DNA of 64,000 bases, taken from Piromyces finnis finn (Eukaryota > Fungi > Neocallimastigomycota). The DNA is taken from contig MCFH01000034.1 in NCBI GenBank assembly GCA_002104945.1, positions 124,001-188,000 on the forward strand, written 5' to 3'. The translations under genes were made by a program, and so were the position numbers. The notes under the pieces were generated by a model. That model was not told the origin of the DNA, did no database searches, and saw only the letters and a program-made list of their open reading frames with translations. Shown piece by piece: positions 15,234 through 26,674 of the stretch. Each line of letters opens with the position of its first letter. Positions within the stretch are counted from its first letter, which is position 1.

Positions 15234-16437
15234 ATCATCTTAATAATAAAAAAAAAAAAAAAAAAAAACGAAAAACGTTTTTTAAAACATATAATAATAT
15301 TCATACATATAAACTAATATTATAATCTTTTAAAAATAATTCTTATTTTTAAACTTTTTTTATTAAATATTAAATTTTCAAAATTTTATACTATTCCAAT
15401 CATTGATATATGAATTGCTATGTTAGCAGCTTTATAAATTAAATGTAAACTTAATAAAAACCCAAAGTATTTTTCGTACTTTGTATAATAATATTATTTT
15501 TTAAGCTTCAGAACTTATATATATTCTAAAATATTTGATAAAATGAAATTTAAAAAAAAAAAACTATTAATATAAATAAACTCGCGAAAAAAATATTTAG
15601 AATTTTCATTAGTAATAACAAAAAATCTATTTAAGTGAAATTGGTTTATATAAACAATTTATCTTTGCATATGACGGGAAAATAAAAATACATAAAAAAA
15701 AAAATAATAAATACTATTGTCTATGTTGTTATTATTTTAATATGCAATCTTTTTAGTTTAAATTTCTTATATTAAAAATATACCAACCCAACACAATTTT
15801 AATAGTCTTCGGATTTATATTAATAAAATAATACAAATACTTTATTATAATAAATAAATTAATTGTATTTACCTTTGAAAATTCCTAATTTTTTAGAAAA
15901 CAATTTTTCAATTTTAATTAGTAATACTATCCTACTAGTACTATTATTTCATTATCCTTTATACTTTTATTTATTGGTTCTGGAGCCTATAACTAAGGAT
16001 GGTATAATGGTATTACTAATATTAATTTAAAATGTTGATTAAAATATTGAATATTATATTTTAAAATAATCTAAATTTCCAAATAAATATTAATTTTGGT
16101 TTTGAATTTATGGAATTTTTTTTTTTTTTCTCATCTTCCTATATTAATATCATTAGTAATAGTAGTAATATTTTTAAATAATAAAAAATTTAAAGTACAT
16201 TCGTTTAATAATTCCAATTTATTACACAAAAAATTTATTTAAACAAGCTTGAATCAAATAATACTTTTTTTATCTGTAAAACGCATTTATTTTTATTTTA
16301 ATGTTGTTTTTTAATAAATAGGTTATATATAATAATAATGTTAAATGTAAGGATTGATCCATAATCCATTTATACATTAATTTATTATATATTTTTTTTT
16401 AATTACTTGTCATTATGTTAACATAAATATATATATA

Positions 16438-16474
<37 letters not shown>

Positions 16475-16660
16475 ATAATATAATACATAAATATATAAAT
16501 ATTGAATGTTATAAAAAATTGAATATATATCCATATATGCTTTTTATTTAAACATATATTTCCAAAATATATAATTTCTTTTTATATTATTATATTATTA
16601 TTCATAATTATATTTGATCAACATTTATAATTGCTATAATTGTCATTTATTTTCATATAT

Positions 16661-17257
16661 TTATTCATCCTTTTTACTAGTATTGTTTCTTTTTGTTAAA
16701 TTGTTTTTGTCTACTTCTGAATATTCTGGTAAGGTTTCAGTAGTCATTTGGCTACCAATTCTATTTGTTTTTAAATCACCAACTTCATCAGATAAAGCTA
16801 AACACTTCTTTTCCATAACATTGTACATTTCTTTTAATTCAAGATATTTAATACGATAGTTTTCCATCTTTAAAACTAATAAATGGAGTAAATATGTAAT
16901 AATAGCACAGAATAAAGTGAATATTAAAATATAAAAGTCTCTTTGAGATTTGTGAAGTCTTTTAGAAAAATCAGAAAGAGTGGCGTTATCTGTTCTATTA
17001 TCTGTGTAAGCCTTTCCTACTTGTTCCTTCAAATAGGACATGCGTTTCAAATTATCAACAAATAATAAAAGTATAAATACATGAAGTATTATATATACAA
17101 ATCTTATACGGTTAAGAATTTTATTTTGACCACGGGCAATCTTTTCAACAATTTGTCTTCTTAATGGGAAAGAAGGTAAAGAAAGAAAAGTGATTGTTAC
17201 ACAATGACCAATTAATAAATAAGAGATTGGACCGATAAATGGAGTAGAAGATGACAT
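16661..17257 (-). CDS. BAP31/BAP29 (Yet)-like ER membrane protein
   Basis: 198-aa single-exon ORF with three hydrophobic segments, the SQRDFYILIFTLF motif (family QRN-x-YI-x-GF-x-LF-like) and a C-terminal coiled-coil-like segment. Confidence 0.7.
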   Translation of the reverse strand: MSSSTPFIGPISYLLIGHCVTITFLSLPSFPLRRQIVEKIARGQNKILNRIRFVYIILHVFILLLFVDNLKRMSYLKEQVGKAYTDNRTDNATLSDFSKRLHKSQRDFYILIFTLFCAIITYLLHLLVLKMENYRIKYLELKEMYNVMEKKCLALSDEVGDLKTNRIGSQMTTETLPEYSEVDKNNLTKRNNTSKKDE

Positions 17258-17420
17258 TTTTTATTATGTAATGAAAATTGTTTATATTTTTTGAATTTAA
17301 TTTATTGTTCTTTTTTTTTTTTTTTTTTTTTTAATCTTGTTTTTATTTGTTTTTGTTTTTTTAGATTTATTTATTATTCTTTATAAAATTTTATAAAATG
17401 AATAAAAAAAAATTCAAAAA

Positions 17421-17453
<33 letters not shown>

Positions 17454-19731
17454 TAATATAATTAATAATTTGCATTACATGAAAAAAAAAATATTAATTG
17501 TAAATGTATTAATGTAAAAAAATAAAAAATTCTAATTAATTAAAAATAAATAATTAATTATGAACATATATGGAAAGTATTATATTAAAAAAAATATTAA
17601 AATGTGGCGTAGAATAGTTGAATCAATTTAAAAATAAAATTATTGTATGCCCTTTATAATTCTGATATCTACTACTACATAAAAATGTGAAAAAAATATT
17701 AGATACTATAATTATAATTATGAACATTTAGATTAGAATTTGCTAAATATAAAACCAAAATTCTATATAATAAATGATTAATTTTATTAAGAATCAAATT
17801 CAAATAATTTAAAAGCTTTATCATCAATAGTTTAATTCTAACCAAATGTACTATTTATAAGAATTAATAATACATTATTAATATTTTTCAAAATTAAAGT
17901 TCTCTTTTTACTTCCTAAAGAACTCTAACCAATTTTTTGAGACATTTTTGATTTAAATTATATTTTAATTAAACAATAAGCTATAAAATAAATGTTTAAA
18001 CTAGATATTCAAATATTTTAATTGTATCAATTTATCAATATAAAATATTTATATATAAATTAGTAATATTGTTAGAAAAAAAAAAGATTTTAACTAAATA
18101 ATTTTAATTTTATTTGAAAAATAATAAACTAATAACTGTTTTTACAATAAATTGATGATTTTGTTCTTACAATTTCTATAACTATATAATTTTTTATTTA
18201 CATTTAAAATTTTATTTAAATAATTAGCAATAGTGATTTATAATTTAATTTATAAATATTTATTACACATCTTATTCTTTATTATCTTAACATAAACAAT
18301 AACTATAAAATAATTTGAAAATCCTTTTATAATTATACATTTAATAGCATATTACGCATTAAACACATAAATAACCAAACTCGAAAAAAAACTATTAACT
18401 TTAACTATAATGCTTAGTAAAAAAACAAAATTACATAGTATGCATATTTCATATAATTAAAATAAAAAAAATAATAGAAATTCAATAAAAAAAAGTTTAT
18501 TTTGATTTTACATAAATAATATATTAATATAAATATATTTTTCCATTTAGAAATAATTTAATAAAAAATAATAAAATAGTATATATTATATTTATTTCTT
18601 TTTTAAAATGAATTATATAATAGTTATATAATTAATTTTTTTATATTTATTAAACAAAAAAAAGTATCAAAATATTAATTATAATAAAATTTAATAAAAT
18701 ATTAAATATTAAGTTAATTCGATAAAGCTATACGATAATTTTTTTTTTAAAAAAAATTCACAAAATTTAAAAAGTCAATTTTTTATTATGAAAATATAAA
18801 AGGATTATGTCAATTTTTAATTTTCCAAAAATTAAAATTTTATTTTGATAGCTATTCTAACCCTATATAACCAAAATAATCTATATAAATAATAAATTAT
18901 ATCTCAAATTTGCTTAGATTTTTCTTATTTATTTTGTTATTTTTAAACATAAAATTATATTCTTAGTTACTAATAATAATATTATTATTTTATGTATTTA
19001 ATTTTTAAATTTTATTAACTATATTCTATATTTTACACTTATTACTTTTTATCTTATATTCTATTATTTTTATTTCATTTTTCTTTTTTATATTAAATTA
19101 AAAGTATATTCAAAGTTATTTTAATAGATTAATAATTTAAATTAATAAAATAAGTGAATTATAGGAAATTCAATTAAGACTTAGATCTATATTATTTAAA
19201 TTAATTAAATTCCATATTTTTTTTTTTTTTTTTTTTTTTTGGTAATTCTTTTATTTCATTATAATAAATAACTAAATATTTTAAATTAATTTTTTTTTCT
19301 TTTAGTAGTTCCAATATAAAATTGTATTCAAAATTTAAATTGGTTGATTAAATTTCTTATTTTATCAACTATTTATGAATTGTTTAAAATACTAGCATCT
19401 GTTAAAAGTATTTTTATAAGGAAATAATTTTTTTCTTTGAAACTCGAATATTTATTATATATACGTAAATAATAAATATTAATAATACACCATCTTAAAG
19501 CATTTTTTTTTTCTTCATTTATAAAAAAGATAAAACATTAGAATTCTAAATACTAAATTTGATATCTTTTTGAGAAATTTTATTGAAATTTTCTATAATA
19601 TTCAATATTTCTGAATGATAGTTTTTAAAATAATATTTTAATATTAAAATATTTAGATTATTATTATTATTTAATTTTCCTTTATTTAAATTAATAAATA
19701 GAATATTAATTTACTTATTTCTTATTTAAGC

Positions 19732-19913
19732 ATTGTAGTTGGGAAATATCGTACAACGTCATGCATCTAATGTACATAAATTAAAAGAGCATCGAAGCTG
19801 AAGATACAATATGACAGACCAGGAGGGTCACAACTACCTAGCAATAGGAATGAGTCAACGTTTCTTTAAGAACCACCATTGGGGCTAACTCCTTTTGATG
19901 GGAGAAATGCACT
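19732..19913 (+). mobile_element. Truncated copy of a LINE-tail/SINE-like repeat
   Basis: ~180 bp highly similar to the reverse complement of 51436-51617. Contains gcatcgaagctgaagatacaatatgacagaccaggagggtcacaac, resembling the end of the LINE ORF at ~31120-31170. Confidence 0.75.
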
Positions 19914-20160
19914 ATTTTATATTATGTATTTGTTGCCTATTTTGTATTTTTACATATTTTGATAATATTTTAACAAATACAATAAATATTGATATATATT
20001 AAAAAGAATAACTATTATAAATACTTCATGTTTTTTTTTTTTTTTTTTTTTTTGAATAATAAATTAAACATAAAAATCTTTTGATTTTATTAATAAAACT
20101 TAAATGTTACACAAATTAAACAATTTAAATTTCAATATAATAACTATAAAATATCAGATT

Positions 20161-20239
20161 GAAAATTTCCTGACAAAAAGTCTGGCAGAGGTCAGATTTC
20201 TTCTGACTAAAATTTTGGCTAAATCGTCAAAAATCTAGG
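20161..20239 (-). mobile_element. Partial copy of the MITE-like family
   Basis: Reverse complement cctagatttttgacgatttagccaaaattttagtcagaagaaatctgacctctg aligns with 3131-3186. Confidence 0.6.
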
Positions 20240-20704
20240 TTAAGTACTAATTCATAATTTAACATAGAAATTGATATAACGAAATATACCAAAATACATA
20301 CACTATATAATATATATAATATCAAATTTGTATTAAAAATATATAGATTAGTAAAGATATGTATAATAAATATAGTATTATAAAAACTTGTAGTTATATA
20401 TTTATACTTTCGGAATTTAATCATTTTTTTTTATTAATATTTATATGAGGAAGAATGATAATAGTATTAAGTTAATTACATATTTTTATATATTTAAATT
20501 TGATAATGTTTAATACTACAAAAAAACAGCAATAAAAGATATTTTTATTTATAATTTTCTCTTTAAAAAATATCTAATGAACCTTATTTAGTAATAGAAT
20601 TATTTACATTTTGAAACTTTTAATGGCTATTTGATCGGCATATTGGCTTGATGATTATTTCCTTATAATAATAATGTATCCCTATTTTATAGTAAGATGG
20701 CGGA

Positions 20705-20707
<3 letters not shown>

Positions 20708-20746
<39 letters not shown>

Positions 20747-20748
20747 AT
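20708..20748. repeat. (AAAT)n microsatellite
   Basis: Direct reading. Confidence 0.9.
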
Positions 20749-23700
20749 ATAAAGCTTTTATTGCTTTTTTTTTTTTTTTTTTTTTTTTTAGTGTTGAATT
20801 ATATGTTAATTTATTCTAATATGCAACACTTTAATCATATTACATAAATATGTTTTTTAATTCCTCTCTAAAATAGTCATATTTTACTAAGTTTACGATG
20901 AATTATTGCATTAATAATAATAAAAAAAAATTATAAATAATTTTTAAAACTCGTATTATAAATAAAATAAAATTATTGATAAGCAGCCTTATCTACATAA
21001 CTGCCCAATTACTAATATATATATTAAATATCAAAAATTATTAAATTATGATATAAACATGTGGATTTTTTAAATATAAAAAATCCTTACATGTTATATT
21101 ATGTAAAATACCTTAAACACAAACTTGACTCTGTTAATAAGTATATTAAATCTTGTGTAACCTAAGTGTCCCCATGTAATATTTTGTGTAACATCGCTTT
21201 TGTCTCCCACTACGATACATACTTCTTTTGTGTAACATTAAATATTTCATAATTGAAATATTTAATGTGATAAAGCTATGTATTTAAAATCTCTATTCCT
21301 ATTAGCATATACTTAAAAGCAATAAATTAAAGATAAATTAAAGATGTTTACTTACAAAAGTATCATTAATTATAAAACAACTGATTTATTAAATAAATAC
21401 TTATGTTAAAAACTACATATTTTATTTCATGAAAAATAGATATAGCTAAAATGTATACTATATTATTATTATATATATATATATATAAAATTGTAACAAG
21501 TTTAATATAACTGTTTAAATATTTAAATATGTATATAAACTATATATATTTTTTTATAATTATGTTTATTATCTATTAAAGTTTGTTTTGTGTAATATTA
21601 TTAATAGTAAAAAATTTTAATATAAAATTATACATATGATATAATACATTATAATTAATTTACTTTATATTATTTATTATGGATTTATTATTTATTAATG
21701 TAATAGTTTGAATATAATAGAAGAAATTAAATAATTGAATCAAATAATATATAAAAATAAATAAATAAATAAATAACTTTTATTTTTAAAACAATTTAAT
21801 ATTCCATTTCAAATTTTTAAATTTAGGAACATTATTAATTAATTTTATTAAGAGTTGTTTAATTTAGGTTTATAATTATGTCAACTTTATTAATATATTT
21901 TATGATAAAGAACTACTTGCGTTACATTCTTCTCAAACTACATGTATTTATACATTTACATTGTGGCTTAAACATATAATCAAATACAATATATACAAAT
22001 ACGTTTTAATACATTTCAATACATTTGAATACATGTGGCATAACGTTTCACATATTCTAACAAATTTTGTACCCCAAAATTTACCCATTTTAGTATATTA
22101 ATAATTTACAGAAATCAATATATTAATTTTTTTTTACATGAATTTCTTTTAATATAAATTTAATTGGTGGTGTGACAATTTACATAATTTGAAACAGTAG
22201 TATATATAAACAAAAAAAAAGAAAAAGGACTATAAATTGAATAATAAGATTTGTCTCTAATTATTTTTGTCAATTTTTTTTTAAAAAGGAAATAAATAAA
22301 CAATTTACTATTTAAAATAGTTAATAGGGAAAGTATTTGCATATTTTTTTCTACTTTTTTAAGTTTTTTTAAAAAATATACCAATAAATAAACAAACAAA
22401 AATTTTATAAAAATATTACTATATATTATTTTTTAGATTATTAATCTATTAATTTTATATATTTTGTAAAATTATGGAATTATTATAAATATTATAATAT
22501 CTATTTCAATGTGGAGTAGCGGCTTTATTTAAATATTGGCTAGTTTCCATTTATATAGCCGTATTTTTTTTGAAAATATTTTTTTTATCCAATATTCTTT
22601 AATAAACTTTATAATTTTATAAAATTATATAAAAATTTCAATTAATATAGAATAATATTATTAATAATATTAATTATTAAATAATACTATATCGATATTA
22701 ATTTTAAAAAAGAGCTAATATTTATATGGAATATCAATATAAGGTGTGTACGTTTCACAAAAATTCCGGTATTCTATAATTCAAAATGATTATCTCAAGG
22801 AGTTAACATATGCTGATCAATGGATACCTATTTATTTTTCTGTTTTTAATGTATATACAAATTTCTTTTTATTTTTTATTTGCTGTATACTATATTGCTT
22901 ATTGCCAAATTTTATATATTAAGGGTTTTGTATAAAGAAAGCCGTTTATTTATAAAAAATTGTAATCCTTAGCTATTACTTATATATTCATGTCTAAATA
23001 GTGTGTAGCTAATAATCCTCTTTAATTTAATTAAGAAAATGTTTACTATTAATTATAATCAATTCTATTAAATTATACAAATATATTAATAAATAAGTAA
23101 TTGCATTTTAATATATATTTTTATAATAAAAAAAATATTATGTTACAGTTAATTTTTAATTTATTGTGTTTTTTTTTTTTAAATAAAAAAATAAAAAAAA
23201 TCTTTTATATCTTTTATAGGAGTATATTTTTTTTTAATTAATTTGTTTTAAAAGTCTATTAAATACTATTAAATTATAATAAATAGTTGTTACTAGAAAA
23301 TGATAGAAAATGACTTAGGGGTAATATTTAATTAAATTGAAATAAATATATTAATATTTATCAATAAACATATGAATAAATAATAAATAAAATAAATAAA
23401 TAAATAACATTAGTAAATAAATATAATAAATATTTATTTAAATTTTAGATAGATATGCTATTCCATGTTTATATGAAAATAAGCCGTTTAACAATATAAT
23501 AGTATTATTTTTAAAATATTAGTTTTTATTTATTATTATTTTTTTAAATACTTTTATTAAATACTAATGATAAATAATATATTATTTAATACTATTATTT
23601 TCTACAGCTAAAAAATATAAATATTATATTTATATTATAGTTTAGGATAAAAAATGGGCTTTTTTATTTTAGAAATTTCATATATGTTTAAACCAAAACA

Positions 23701-23954
23701 AAAAAAATATTGATTTTCCTTTTTTGTAAAAAAATTTTTTTTTTGTAGATCCAATAAATAATTTTATTTTTTTATATTAAATTTTAAAAATTTGGTTGAT
23801 CAATTTCTGTTTGTGTAACAACGGTTTTTTTTCTAGTTTTTTTAAATTAAAAATATCAGAAAACAATTTTTATATAAAAGAAGGAAAATTGTTTGTTTTT
23901 TAATTCACTATCATTAATAAATAATATATTTTATAAAAAATATTATTTTTCAAA

Positions 23955-25358
23955 ATGAAATTCTTAGCTTGTGCTAGTATTCTTAGTTTAGGTCTTTTTA
24001 ATTTTGCCAACGCTGCCTGTGCTGGTCCATTCGCTCAATGTGGAGGGTAAATTTAAAATTTATTGTAAAACTAAAAATGTTAACAAATAGAGTATGTTAT
24101 TAAAATTTATTTATTATTTATTATAATATCAAAATTTATACAATTTCATTTAAATAGAAACAACTTCGAAGGTGAAGCTTGCTGTGAACCAGGTTATGAA
24201 TGTGTTGCCTTTAACGAATGGTACTCTCAATGCCAACAAAGTAGTTCTGCTGTTGTTCCAGAAGTTACTGTTACTGAAACTGTCGTCCCAACTATTACTG
24301 AAGAACCACCAGTTAATCAAGCTGTTAATAACGCCACTACTCAATATTACAGTCCAATTACTGCTAGTACTCAAAACTTCTTCCTTAACGAAATCTACCG
24401 TAATCCAAGATTCATTGAAGAAGTTGAATCTTCAATTCCTTTATTAACTCCAGAATTAGCTGCTAAGGCCGAAAAGGTTAAGGATGTCCCATCTGCTGTC
24501 TGGTTAGCTTGGGAAGGTGCTCCAGGTGAAGTTGAAGGTCACCTTGTTAATGCTGGTCCATCTCAAACTGTTGTTTTCCTTCTTTACATGATTCCAACTC
24601 GTGATTGTAACAGTTTAGCTTCTGCTGGTGGTGCTTCTAGTCTTGATAAGTACAAGGGTTATGTTGATGATATTTCTAACACTATTCGTAGTCACCCAGA
24701 AACCAATGTTGTTATGGTTGTTGAACCAGATACTCTTGGTAACCTTGTAACTGGTACTAGTGAAGCCTGTAAGAATGTTCACACTTTACACAAAAACGCC
24801 TTATCTTACGCTATTGATGTCTTCGGTTCTATGAGCAATGTTAGTGTTTACCTTGATGCTGCCCACGGTATGTGGTTAATTGATTATGCTGATGAAGCTG
24901 CTGCTGTTATTAGAGAAATTTTAGATGGAGCTCCAAACGGTAAGATTCGTGGTTTTAGTACCAATGTTTCTAACTTCCAACCAATTTACACTGAATATGA
25001 ATACTACTTAAAACTTACTGAATCTCTTGAAGCTCTTGGTGTTACTGGTATGCACTTTATCCTTGATACTGGTCGTAATGGTGTTGATGTTTACGAAGCC
25101 TTTGAAAAGACTAAGACCTGGTGTAACTATATTGGTACTGGTTTAGGTGAACGTCCAAAGGGTAATCCAGATGCTAGTATGCCTTTAATTGATGCTTACA
25201 TGTGGCTTAAGACTCCAGGTGAAGCTGATGGTTCTGCTGTCGGTGACAGAGCTGATCCAGTTTGTGCTCGTGAAGATTCTCTTCAATTAGCTCCAGATGC
25301 TGGTTCCTGGTTCCACGATTACTTTGTTCAATTATTAACTAACGCTCCAGGATTTTAA
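23955..25358 (+). CDS. Secreted CBM1-linker-GH6 cellobiohydrolase (CelA-type), paralogue 1
   Basis: Exon 1 23955-24046 (signal peptide MKFLACASILSLGLFNFANA + CAGPFAQCG). Phase-2 intron. Exon 2 24158-25358 (GNNFEGEACCEPGYECVAFNEWYSQC completes CBM1; T/E/P linker; GH6 motifs YMIPTRDC, VEPDTLGN, YLDAAHG, DTGRNG, WCN, WLKTPGEADG). Confidence 0.95.
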
Positions 25359-25785
25359 ATAAATCATACTTTTTAATTTAATTTAAAATATGTATAAATA
25401 ATTTAATTTATTTATTTATAGAATATTTATTTAAATTTATAGAAATTTTAAAACTACAAAACTATCAAATTATAAAATATTAGTTTAAAATTATTTATTA
25501 ATAAAAAAAATATATATATATAAATAAGAATGAAGTTCATAATGTTTTATACTAAAAATAATGAATCTATATATTCTGGGTTTTATAGGAGTATTAAAGC
25601 TTTTGCAATTTTTATGAGTAATTATTTTTAAACACATTTCTTTTTAATAAATATTTTGATTTGAATAATTATTTTAACTAATTAATGTTTTAAACATGAT
25701 AGTAATAGGGTTATACTAGATAAATAATCAGTAATATTTTCATATGCATAATATAATCCTTTATTTAATCCATGACAATAACAAT

Positions 25786-26031
25786 CCCTCTTGGGAACGT
25801 GCCTTCATTTATTTAATAAATGTAGTTTCTCAAGGGGGTCTACTCATGCTCATGGTACTGAGAGAGTAGAAAGAATTAAATCCAAGTATTGCGCAATGGA
25901 TGCTTGGTGCCCTCTTAGGAACGTGCCTTCATTTATTTAATAATGGAGTTTATCAAGGGGGTCTACTCATGCTCATGGTACTGAGAGAGTAGAAAGAATT
26001 AAATCCAAGCATTGCGCAATGGATGCTTGGT
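25786..26031 (+). repeat. Two tandem ~123-bp monomers at the LINE 5' end
   Basis: Monomer 1 25786-25909, monomer 2 25910-26031, both starting ccctctt(g/a)ggaacgtgcc and ending ggatgcttgg. Repeated in copy 2 (31855-32076). Confidence 0.95.
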
Positions 26032-26674
26032 TAGTCTTTAAGGGAAAATTATTAGGACTAAGCTCATGGTACTGAGCGATTAAAAAACATTTTATTCATC
26101 GAATTTAAGTATTTGATGAATAAGTTGAATGTTTGACATTCAGGTAAGTTTGTATAGTATTTAATTAGAAGAGTAATACATTTTGTTGCTGTATTTTTTC
26201 TTTTATTCATGTATTCATGTAGTACTACTCTTCTCTTGTAAGAATCCAATGTAGTCAACTTTAGCATTTGCATTGTACTTTTATATTCATGTAGCTATTG
26301 TTGTATTGTTTCTTGTAAGAGACTGATTCACTCTACATCATGTAAAAATACTATTCACAAGCTTTCTGGTGTCGACATTCTTGATTCAAATTTTTTACCA
26401 ATTTAAATATTTAATGAAAAGTAAAGTCAAACAAGTTTAGTGTCAAAAAGCGATTCGAATTTACTAACAACAAACCAAAACTAGAATTTTTAAAGAAAAT
26501 TTACAACTAGAATTCAAAAAAAGAAACTTTAAACAAAGCATCGTAACAATTTTTGTACTATCCAGTACTTTTAAGAAGAGAGAGAGAGACAGATTTTTTT
26601 TCCATATAAGTTATATTTATAATTTTTATTAGTATTTATTTTATATTCAATATTTTTAATTAGAATTTATTATC

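Noticed and set aside
20690-20706. gtaagatggcggagt resembles a tRNA A box
   Set aside because: Followed directly by (AAAT)n; no anticodon arm, T arm or acceptor stem.
25850-25880. ctgagagagtagaaa as a hammerhead ribozyme core
   Set aside because: Does not match CUGANGA and no compatible stems I/III with an NUH site were found. Kept only as an untested structured RNA.
25786-26077. Tandem repeats upstream of an RT as a CRISPR-like or retron-like array
   Set aside because: Monomers are contiguous with no unique spacers, and TSD plus poly-A define an ordinary non-LTR element boundary.
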